Source: Vicinamibacteria bacterium
GTDB lineage: Bacteria; Acidobacteriota; Vicinamibacteria; Marinacidobacterales; Marinacidobacteraceae
Reading direction: 5' to 3'
NCBI GenBank assembly: GCA_963555995.3
Contig: OY821641.1
Coordinates: 3,296,001 to 3,360,000, forward strand
DNA: 64,000 nucleotides
Below, piece after piece: positions 17,101 through 24,782 of the stretch (position 1 is the stretch's first letter; every line of letters starts with the position of its first letter). Made by a program: the position numbers and the translations under genes. A model generated the notes under the pieces. The model had not been told where the DNA came from. It made no database searches and saw only the letters and a program-made list of their open reading frames with translations.

Positions 17101-17219
17101 GCAACCATTGCGGGTCGGCCGAACGTGTACTGCGAACGCCGGGGCGATAGCACCGCGCCGGAGCCGGTTCCGGGCCGTCACCCCGACGTCCGACAGGCCG
17201 TACCGGTAGGAGGCTGACC

Positions 17220-18128
17220 ATGGCTCGATCGGGACGCCGGAGCCGATCCCGGAACCTCGCGAGCGAAAGCGGCAGCGCTACCGCCGATTGGGTGGCGGCG
17301 GTGCGGGCGCTCCATTTCGTCGCGGGAGACAGGCCCCTCATCGTCGAGGATCCCTATGCGGTCCACCTCATCTCCAGGCCGGCGCGGCGGATCGTCTCCT
17401 CCAGGGTCCTCCGTTGGCTGTTTTCCCGCATCCTCCTGCGCAAACTCGCGCCGGGCGTGGCTTTCCTGCTCGTCCGGGCGCGGTTCACGGACGATCGGGT
17501 GGTAGCGGCCGCGGAGCGGGGCGTGCGGCAACTCGTGATTCTGGGTGCGGGGCTGGACACGTTCGCCCTCCGGTACCCGGAACTGGGGATCGAGGTGTTC
17601 GAAGCGGACCTGCCGGCGAGCGGCGTTCTGAAACGAAGAGCCCTGGCGGACGCGGGCCTCGGGATTCCCGATCACCTCCACTTCGTCAGCGTGGACTTCG
17701 AGCGCGACGATCTGCAGCAGCGGCTGGTCGCCGCAGGTTTCGCCCCACAGGAACCCGCCTTCTTCACCTGGATGGGGGTCACCTATTACCTGACACGGGA
17801 GGCGGTGCGCGGCACCCTCGCCAAGCTCGGCGAACTGGCGGCCCCCGGGTCGGAACTGACGCTCGATTACATGAACACGCGGGAATCCCTGCGCGAGGAA
17901 GATCTTTCGCTCTTCGACGCCAATCTTCGCTTCGTGGGCAGGGTCGGCGAGCCGATGCAGACCTTCTACCTGGCGGAGACCGTGACGGGGGACACCGGAC
18001 TCGAGAACGAATGGAAGGTGCTGGCGCACGAGTATCCGGCTGCTCAGCGGGAGCGCTACTTGGGGGATCGCACCGATCTGGATCAGATGTCGCCGCTCTT
18101 CCGACTGTTGCATGTGCGCCGGAAGTAG
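17220..18128 (+). CDS. Class I SAM-dependent methyltransferase (LCM/YktD-like), paralog 2
   Basis: Same motifs (QLVILGAGLDT, WMGVTYYL), colinear with paralog 1 along its full length. Confidence 0.9.
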   Translation: MARSGRRSRSRNLASESGSATADWVAAVRALHFVAGDRPLIVEDPYAVHLISRPARRIVSSRVLRWLFSRILLRKLAPGVAFLLVRARFTDDRVVAAAERGVRQLVILGAGLDTFALRYPELGIEVFEADLPASGVLKRRALADAGLGIPDHLHFVSVDFERDDLQQRLVAAGFAPQEPAFFTWMGVTYYLTREAVRGTLAKLGELAAPGSELTLDYMNTRESLREEDLSLFDANLRFVGRVGEPMQTFYLAETVTGDTGLENEWKVLAHEYPAAQRERYLGDRTDLDQMSPLFRLLHVRRK

Positions 18129-18223
18129 CCGAACGCAAGCCGGGACGCGCGGAGGATGCGCCAACCCGCGCCCGACCACAGGAACCGATTCACGCTCATG
18201 GCCCCATCCGGAAACCGCTCGAC

Positions 18224-18298
18224 GGGGTGGATGAGGGGACTCGAACCCCCAACCACCGGAACCACAATCCGGTGCTCTGCCGTTGAGCTACATCCACC
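18224..18298 (-). tRNA. tRNA-His(GTG)
   Basis: Cloverleaf; anticodon arm CCGGA-TTGTGGT-TCCGG; GGTTCGAG T-arm; G-1/C73. Confidence 0.95.
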
Positions 18299-18322
18299 AC
18301 CGTAGGGAAAGGCGGGCGACAC

Positions 18323-18399
18323 TGGCGCGCCAGGGAGGATTCGAACCCCCGACCCGCGGCTTAGAAGGCCGCCGCTCTGTCCAACTGAGCTACTGGCGC
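18323..18399 (-). tRNA. tRNA-Arg(TCT)
   Basis: Anticodon arm GCGGC-CTTCTAA-GCCGC; GGTTCGAAT; encoded CCA. Confidence 0.96.
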
Positions 18400-18451
18400 T
18401 CCCAAGCTTCGTGATCGGACCGGCCCCGAGCGACCGCCGAGCGACCGCTCG

Positions 18452-18525
18452 TCGGGGCGAGAGGATTTGAACCTCCGGCTTCCTGCTCCCAAAGCAGGCG
18501 CGCTGCCAGACTGCGCCACGCCCCG
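18452..18525 (-). tRNA. tRNA-Pro(TGG)
   Basis: CGGGGCG acceptor stem; anticodon arm CCTGC-TTTGGGA-GCAGG; GGTTCAAAT. Confidence 0.95.
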
Positions 18526-18530
18526 AGAAA

Positions 18531-19181
18531 CTAGTTGATTATAGGTTCTGGCGATCCGAGCGCAGCCTGCAGGAACCGCCGCACCGCCCGCAGCGCCCGG
18601 CCGCGATGGCTGATCCTCTCCTTTTCCGCGAGGGTCAGTTCAGCCATCGTCCTGCCGAACTCCGGCACGAGGAACACCGGGTCATAGCCGAAACCCCCGC
18701 TTCCCCGCGGAGCGTCGGCGATGCGTCCTTCCACCGTGCCCGTGGATCGGAAGACGATCCGGCCGGCGACCGCGATCGCAACCGCCGACCGGTATCGCGC
18801 TGCCCGTCCCTTGACCGGGTTCCGGTTCACGATTTCCAGCAGCCGCCGGTTTTTCTCCGCGTAGGGAGTGTCGCGCCCCAGCCAGCGCGCGGAACGGACC
18901 CCGGGAGCGCCGTCGAGGGCGTCCACCTCGAGGCCCGAGTCCTCGGCCAGCGCCGAAACCCCGGTAGCGGCCTGGTAGTGGAGCGCCTTGATGCCGGCGT
19001 TCGCCAGGAATCCCTCTCCCGTCTCTTCGGGCTCCTCGGACGCGGATCCCGGAAGATCGTCCAGACCGAGCCATCGGAGTCCCGTCGAGGCCAGGGCGGC
19101 CCGCATCTCCCGGACCTTCCCGGCATTCCCGGTAGCGAGCAGGATCCGCGGCGAGCGCAGCGGCGGTGGACCCGCTGCCAT
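18531..19181 (-). CDS. rdgB: Non-canonical purine NTP pyrophosphatase (RdgB/HAM1)
   Basis: ATGNAGK, EDSGL, PGVRSAR, GFGYDPVF, SHRGRA motifs. Confidence 0.95.
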   Translation of the reverse strand: MAAGPPPLRSPRILLATGNAGKVREMRAALASTGLRWLGLDDLPGSASEEPEETGEGFLANAGIKALHYQAATGVSALAEDSGLEVDALDGAPGVRSARWLGRDTPYAEKNRRLLEIVNRNPVKGRAARYRSAVAIAVAGRIVFRSTGTVEGRIADAPRGSGGFGYDPVFLVPEFGRTMAELTLAEKERISHRGRALRAVRRFLQAALGSPEPIIN

Positions 19182-19186
19182 GAGGA

Positions 19187-19921
19187 TCAGCGTCCTTCCG
19201 GCAAGGGGATCCCGGCCAGCACCGCACGCTGCCGCGCGGCCAGGGTGGCGATGCCCCCGAGCGCCGCGTCGAGGAGGTCGTCCAGAACCTCGCGCCGGAA
19301 CGGCGCCCCCTCGGCGGCGCCCTGGACTTCGATCAGGTCGCCCGCCGCGGTCGCCACCACTGTCAGGTCCACGGACGCCCGCGAGTCCTCGGCGTAGTCC
19401 AGGTCGAGGAGAGTCTCTCCATCCACGATTCCGACGCTTACCGCCGCAACCTGGCGGCGCAGCGGGTTCTCCGGCAGCTCGCCACGCCGGGAGAGCTGGT
19501 GAAACGCCAGGGCCAGCGCCACGAAGGCGCCGGTGATGGAAGCGGTCCGCGTGCCGCCGTCGGCCTCGATGACGTCGCAGTCCACCCGCACGGTCCTTTC
19601 GCCCAACCGGGAGAGGTCCACGGCGGCCCGCAGCGAACGGCCGATGAGCCGCTGGATCTCCGCCGTCCGTCCGGGGACTCCACCCCGGTCGCGGCGGATT
19701 CGTTCTCCCGAAGAGAGAGGCAGCATGCCGTACTCGGCGGTCAGCCAGCCGCGGCCCCGGCCGCGGAGCCACCCGGGCACCCCCTCCTCGATGCTGACCG
19801 CCGCGAGCACGCGCGTGTCGCCCTGGCGGACCAGCACCGAGGCGGGGGAACGGCGCAGGAAACCGGCCTCCAGCCCGCATTCCCGGATCTCCCGCGCGCC
19901 GCGGCCGCCGCGACGTTTCAC
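19187..19921 (-). CDS. rph: Ribonuclease PH
   Basis: GWLTAEYGMLP, EIQRLIGRSLRA, ADGGTRTASITG, DLDYAEDS. GTG start overlaps the upstream stop. Confidence 0.95.
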   Translation of the reverse strand: MKRRGGRGAREIRECGLEAGFLRRSPASVLVRQGDTRVLAAVSIEEGVPGWLRGRGRGWLTAEYGMLPLSSGERIRRDRGGVPGRTAEIQRLIGRSLRAAVDLSRLGERTVRVDCDVIEADGGTRTASITGAFVALALAFHQLSRRGELPENPLRRQVAAVSVGIVDGETLLDLDYAEDSRASVDLTVVATAAGDLIEVQGAAEGAPFRREVLDDLLDAALGGIATLAARQRAVLAGIPLPEGR

Positions 19922-20616
19922 CGGCGCCCGCCTGTCTCGGCAACCAGGCGGTCGGGGGCCCGGGCGAATCCCGAACGAAGGTCGAGATGTCCGGCGAGAG
20001 TCTCGGTCTGTTGCCCCTCGACCAACAACCGCACCTCGGCGATGGCCGGGATGCTCTCCACCAGCGTGTGACTCAGGCTGTAAACGGTCAGCTCTTCCGC
20101 ATGGAGGCCCCCGGAGTGCCTCTCGAGCAGGTCCAGCGTGAAATTGATGACAGCCACCCCGCGACCGCTCACGAACACGTCCAGCACCCGCACCCCTTCG
20201 GGGAAGGTCCCGGATTCCGCCACAACCCGCTCGACCAGGGCCTCCGCGCGGACCCGGGTGTCGGCAAGGTCGGGGAGTTCCACCTCCCGGGCGTGCAGCA
20301 GGCCGTCCGCGCCGACCGTGAACAGCGTCGCGGCGGAAGCTGCCTCCCGCGCCCTGGCGGCGGACGCCTCCGAACTCGTCCGGCCCCCGGCGAAGGCAGC
20401 GGCATCCGCCAGCGACGCGGGTGAAGCCGCCGGATCTTCGGCGGGCGCACCGCCGCCGCAGGCTGCGATTCCTGCCGCCCCGACCACCGGCAGGAGCGAC
20501 GTCAGCAGCCTGTGGTGAAACCCATGTGAGCGCCGAGGCCCCCACCGGGAGAACTGGGCCGCGTGGGTTTTGCCACAGGCTGTCAACCGCCCTCCGCGGC
20601 CGAATCCGCGCGTCAC
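19918..20616 (-). CDS. GerMN-domain lipoprotein with an in-frame MITE-like insertion in its signal peptide
   Basis: Lipobox GIAAC; GerMN-like EELTVYSLSHTL...VRLLVEG..ETLAGHLDL. GTG start overlaps the amidase stop (GTGA). Confidence 0.82.
   Translation of the reverse strand: MTRGFGRGGRLTACGKTHAAQFSRWGPRRSHGFHHRLLTSLLPVVGAAGIAACGGGAPAEDPAASPASLADAAAFAGGRTSSEASAARAREAASAATLFTVGADGLLHAREVELPDLADTRVRAEALVERVVAESGTFPEGVRVLDVFVSGRGVAVINFTLDLLERHSGGLHAEELTVYSLSHTLVESIPAIAEVRLLVEGQQTETLAGHLDLRSGFARAPDRLVAETGGRR
20506..20582. mobile_element. 77-bp minimal MITE-like element (CAGCCTGTGG family)
   Basis: Perfect CAGCCTGTGG/CCACAGGCTG termini with extended imperfect IR. Flanks are TCAG and TCAA. It consists only of the two ends found in the longer copies. 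Confidence 0.85.
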
Positions 20617-22100
20617 CGGAGCCCTCCGGTCGCCCGGAAGCCGGCCAGCGACCGCTGATAACGGGCCACTCCGGCCGCGAGGGCGCGGGCCGCCCGGTCC
20701 GGAAACCCCGGATCCCGCAGGCGAGCGAGATCGCCGGTGGAGGTCACGAACCCGAGTTCCACCTGGACCGCCGCCATCTCGGCGCCGCGCAGCACCCGCA
20801 CCGGCGCATCCGCGGTCCCGCCCGACCGGATGTTCAGCGCCTCGAGTTCCGCCGCCAACGCCTCGGCCAGTGACCGCGACGCGGGGACGAGCGGCGCCTG
20901 CGCGCCGTTCCAGGGCACGAAGTGAACGGCGCCTTCACGCGAGGCGCGGTCCGAGGCCTGCGGGGTGAGGTGGTACACCCGGCTCCCGGAGGCGGCCGGA
21001 CTGGGAGAAGCGTTCAGGTGGATGCTGATCAGCAGGTCGGCGCGGGCCATGTTCGCGGCCGCCACCCGATCGTCGAGCGCTACTTCGCGGTCCTGCTCCC
21101 GCGTCAGCACGACCCGAAACCCGTGCTGTTGTTCCAGCACGTCCCGCAGCGCGAGGGCCACCGACAGCGCAACGTCCTTCTCCGTCACACCGCCCCGGCC
21201 CGCAGCGCCGCGATCCGTTCCTCCGTGACCCGGGTCAATGGCGATGGTCCGGATGTCGGTGGGTCCGACCGGATCCCACTGAACACGATTTTCGGGAGAC
21301 GGCGTCACCGCCAGGACGTCCGCTCCCGAGGCGGCGCGCACGCCGGCCCGGATCAGATCCAGGGTCAGCAGGCCCGGGCCGCGTTCCTCCCGGAGACGCC
21401 CGTAGTTCCGTCCGGTCGCGATCTCGAGGGCGTAGGTGCTGCCGCGCCGGATGAGCTCCACCTGTTCCACCACCCCATCACGCGGCGTCGCCCGGACGAA
21501 TGCGGTTTCGACGAACGAGGTCCGCAGCATGACGGAGATTCCACGCGGGTACTCCTCAATCTCCATCGGTACCGGCGGGTCGGTGCGCACGACAACCCGG
21601 GTCGTTCCCGGACGGCTGGAGACGTCCACCTCGAACCGCGGGTACTCCTCACCGCTCACCAGGGTGCGGGCCTCGTCGTCGTACCGGTTGCGACCCGGAA
21701 GCAGGTCGGGCAGCACGGTCGCGACGAAGCCGAGCGGCACGAACCACTCGCCGCCCCGTCGAACGCTCGGGGTCCGGAGCACCCTGGTCGTGTCGCCCAC
21801 CATCACGAAACTGCGCCCGGCATCGAAACGGACCGTGCGGTCCGGCAATCGCAGGAGGACCTGGCGCTCGTTCTCGCCCGGCCGCATCGTGCCGCCGACC
21901 GCGCGGGCAACTTCGGCAAGGCGCACCATTTCGACGCCGCCGAGGCGCCGCACCGCGAGCGTGGACGTCTCCCCGTGATGAATGATCCAGAGTTCCCGGG
22001 GCCGCTGCGCAGCCGAAGCGGTGGACGGGAACGCCGGGACGACGGCCAGGCATCCCACCCCGAGCAGGAAAGACAGGAGGCCGGAGGCGCCGCGACGCAT
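20613..22100 (-). CDS. N-acetylmuramoyl-L-alanine amidase (Amidase_3)
   Basis: Signal peptide; IAIDPGHGG, EK, SIHLNAS, VELGF motifs. Confidence 0.92.
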   Translation of the reverse strand: MRRGASGLLSFLLGVGCLAVVPAFPSTASAAQRPRELWIIHHGETSTLAVRRLGGVEMVRLAEVARAVGGTMRPGENERQVLLRLPDRTVRFDAGRSFVMVGDTTRVLRTPSVRRGGEWFVPLGFVATVLPDLLPGRNRYDDEARTLVSGEEYPRFEVDVSSRPGTTRVVVRTDPPVPMEIEEYPRGISVMLRTSFVETAFVRATPRDGVVEQVELIRRGSTYALEIATGRNYGRLREERGPGLLTLDLIRAGVRAASGADVLAVTPSPENRVQWDPVGPTDIRTIAIDPGHGGTDRGAAGRGGVTEKDVALSVALALRDVLEQQHGFRVVLTREQDREVALDDRVAAANMARADLLISIHLNASPSPAASGSRVYHLTPQASDRASREGAVHFVPWNGAQAPLVPASRSLAEALAAELEALNIRSGGTADAPVRVLRGAEMAAVQVELGFVTSTGDLARLRDPGFPDRAARALAAGVARYQRSLAGFRATGGLR

Positions 22101-22231
22101 GAAAGGCTGCCGGAAAATCAGGAATGGACAGAATAGCGTTTCGAGGCTGGCAGCCTGTGGATGAAGTGACGTGAGCGCGCTCCCGGCGGGCGGACCGGTC
22201 GTGCGCCGGTCGCCCCCCCGGCGGGACGTAA

Positions 22232-22590
22232 CGGCCTGTGGCAAAACCCACGCGGTCCAGTTGCTGTGAAAATGCAGCCTGGGCGAAAGGCAGACGAGCG
22301 AAGTTGCGCCGCCGGCTGGGAGCGCCGGTCTTCATTCAGACCGGCACGCGCTGCGCGACAGCGCAGCGCACGGCACCACGCTGCCCTGCACGATGGCGGT
22401 CGACTCTTGTTCCATCACGGCAAAGAGCGCTACGACGTCCGCGGGCCTTCGGCCCGGCGTGCCGCTCTGAAGAGCGGCGCTCCCAGCGTTTCCGCCGTCT
22501 TCATGCCTGGCGGGGTGTGCGGGAGGACCGCACATGACGGTTTCTCCCGGTGGGGGCCTCGGAGCTCACGGGGGTTTCACCACGGGCGTT
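22232..22590. mobile_element. About 360-bp MITE-like element (CAGCCTGTGG family) with a REP-like doublet inside
   Basis: Left end cggcctgtggcaaaacccacgcggtccagtt and right end ttctcccggtgggggcctcggagctcacgggggtttcaccacggg closely match the reverse complement of 20506-20582. Confidence 0.82.
22315..22487. repeat. Inverted pair of REP-like palindromes (REPIN-like)
   Basis: GCTGGGAGCGCCGGTCTTCA(TTCA)GACCGGCACGC at 22315-22349 and the inverted copy GCGTGCCGCTCTGAAGAGCGGCGCTCCCAGC at 22457-22487. Each is itself a hairpin. Confidence 0.78.
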
Positions 22591-22621
22591 TACACCCGTT
22601 GCCGTAGAATCCGCCGCCCCT

Positions 22622-23956
22622 ATGGCAAGAACGGGATTTGCGGTCCAGCCCGCGGACGGTGGCCTCGTGGTGTTGCTCCCCGGTCTGGGGGCGGTCAGCA
22701 CCACCTTCATCGCGGGAATCCACGCGATCCGCAAGGGACTCGCGGCGCCCATCGGCTCGGTCACCCAGATGGGAACGATCCGGTTGGGCAAACGCACCGA
22801 GGGCCGAACCCCCCTGATTCGCGACTTCGTTCCCATCGTTCCCATCGGGGACCTCTCCTTCGCCGGCTGGGACGTGTTCGAGGACGACGCCTACACGGCA
22901 GCGCAGAAGGCGGGCGTGCTGGAACCGGCGCTGCTGGACGCGGTCCGGGAGGAGCTGGCGGCGATCCGTCCGATGCCCGCGGTCTTCGACCGCGACTACG
23001 TGAAGAAGCTCGACGGTTCGTTCGTGAAGGCGGGCGCCACCAAGATGGACCTTGCCGAACAGCTCATCGAGGACATCGAAGGAGCCCGGGAGACGTCGGG
23101 CGCTGCCCGGGCGGTGATGATCTGGTGCGGCTCCACCGAGACCTTCCTGAAGGAGACCCCGGTGCACCGGGATCTCGAGAGCTTCGAGCGCGGGCTCCGG
23201 GAGAACTCGCCGGACATCGCGCCCAGCATGATCTACGCCTACGCCGCCCTGCGCTGCGGCGTCCCGTACGCCAACGGCGCCCCGAACCTGAGCGCGGACA
23301 TTCCGGCGCTCCTGGAACTAGCGTCCACCGAGGGTGTTCCGGTCGGCGGCAAGGACTTCAAGACCGGGCAGACGCTGATGAAGACGATCCTGGCGCCGGG
23401 GCTGAAGGCGAGGATGCTGGGGCTCCGCGGCTGGTTCTCGACGAACATCCTCGGCAACCGGGACGGGGAAGTGCTCGACGACCCCGGCTCGTTCCGCACC
23501 AAGGAAGAGAGCAAGCTGAGCGTGCTGGAGTACATCCTCCAGCCGGACATGTATCCCGACCTCTACCGCGATCTCTACCACAAGGTGCGGATCAACTATT
23601 ACCCACCCCGCCGCGACAACAAGGAGGGCTGGGACAACATAGACATCTTCGGCTGGCTCGGCTACGAGATGCAGATCAAGGTGGATTTCCTCTGCCGGGA
23701 TTCCATCCTCGCCGCCCCGCTGGTGCTCGACCTCGCCCTCTTCCTCGACCTGGCCTCCCGCGCCGGCCTCCGGGGCATCCAGGAGTGGCTGTCGTTCTTC
23801 TTCAAGAGCCCGATGAGCCCGCCGGGGGTGTACCCCGAACACGACCTGTTCATCCAGCGGAAGAAGCTGACGAACACCCTCCGCTACCTGATGGGAGAAG
23901 AGGTCATCAGCCACCTCGGGGAATACACTCTCGAAACGAGGGAGACGTCCGACTGA
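22622..23956 (+). CDS. ino1: Myo-inositol-1-phosphate synthase
   Basis: PGLGAVSTT, GKDFKTGQT, NILGNRDG, DNKEGWD, RDSILAAPLVLDL, SFFFKSP. Confidence 0.93.
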   Translation: MARTGFAVQPADGGLVVLLPGLGAVSTTFIAGIHAIRKGLAAPIGSVTQMGTIRLGKRTEGRTPLIRDFVPIVPIGDLSFAGWDVFEDDAYTAAQKAGVLEPALLDAVREELAAIRPMPAVFDRDYVKKLDGSFVKAGATKMDLAEQLIEDIEGARETSGAARAVMIWCGSTETFLKETPVHRDLESFERGLRENSPDIAPSMIYAYAALRCGVPYANGAPNLSADIPALLELASTEGVPVGGKDFKTGQTLMKTILAPGLKARMLGLRGWFSTNILGNRDGEVLDDPGSFRTKEESKLSVLEYILQPDMYPDLYRDLYHKVRINYYPPRRDNKEGWDNIDIFGWLGYEMQIKVDFLCRDSILAAPLVLDLALFLDLASRAGLRGIQEWLSFFFKSPMSPPGVYPEHDLFIQRKKLTNTLRYLMGEEVISHLGEYTLETRETSD

Positions 23957-23959
23957 TCC

Positions 23960-24760
23960 ATGCGGATCTCGAAGAGCCGCTGCGTCGGCTGCGGGAACTG
24001 CGTGGCGGTCTGCCCGGTCTCGGCGATCAGCATCGGCGACGACGGGCGCGCGGTGGTGAACAGCGACCAGTGCGTCGAGTGCTTCACCTGCTACCGGGGG
24101 CTCAGCACGGAGCGGCTGAACCCCACCCTGATCCGCACGATCCGGAAGGTGCTCGGCTGGTTCCGGCTCCGTTTCGACCCGGCGCCGGACATCTGCCCCA
24201 CCTCGGCCATCGAACCGGAGGAACTCACCTGGCCGCGCGTGGTGCGGCGCGCCTTCAGCGATCCGCTGGTGTCGCACGAGGCCACCGGGGTCCACGGACG
24301 CGGGACCGAGGAAGTCAAGACGAATGACGTGACCGGCAGGGTGTCGGTCGGCGAGTGCGGGATGACGGTGGAGTTCGGCCGGCCGGGGGTGACCGCGAGC
24401 TTCGCCGACATGGACCGGGTCACCCGGCGGCTGGCCGCGCTCGGCGTGCACTTCGAGAAGAAGAACCCGGTCACGAACCTGATGAGCGACGTGGCCACCG
24501 GCGCGATCCGGGAGGATCTGCTCGGGGAGCGGGTGCTCTCCGCGATCGTGGAGATCAAGGTCGGGATGGAGCAGGTGCCCGCGGTGATGCGGGAAGTGGA
24601 AGCCGCCGCCGCCGAATCGGAAACGATCATTTCGGTGGGAGCCGCCACCCGCTGCGACCCGCAAGGCGAGGACGAACTCGGAGCTCTGCTGCGCGAGCGC
24701 GGCTACACCGCCTTCCGGGGCAAGACGAACCTCGGGCTCGGCCGCCGGCCGAGCGCGTAG
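23960..24760 (+). CDS. 4Fe-4S dicluster (ferredoxin-like) domain protein
   Basis: CVGCGNCVAVCP, CVECFTC and a distal CP; C-terminal domain with GRGTEEVKTNDVTGR. Confidence 0.8.
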   Translation: MRISKSRCVGCGNCVAVCPVSAISIGDDGRAVVNSDQCVECFTCYRGLSTERLNPTLIRTIRKVLGWFRLRFDPAPDICPTSAIEPEELTWPRVVRRAFSDPLVSHEATGVHGRGTEEVKTNDVTGRVSVGECGMTVEFGRPGVTASFADMDRVTRRLAALGVHFEKKNPVTNLMSDVATGAIREDLLGERVLSAIVEIKVGMEQVPAVMREVEAAAAESETIISVGAATRCDPQGEDELGALLRERGYTAFRGKTNLGLGRRPSA

Positions 24761-24782
24761 CCCGCCGGCCGCGCCCGTCCGC

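Noticed and set aside
18224-18525. tRNA cluster as the integration site for the defence island
   Set aside because: I saw no integrase and no duplicated tRNA 3' end in the window.
22150-22166. Fifth copy of the CAGCCTGTGG element
   Set aside because: Only a lone terminal match (GCAGCCTGTGG) with no inverted partner, so it is a possible remnant or chance match.
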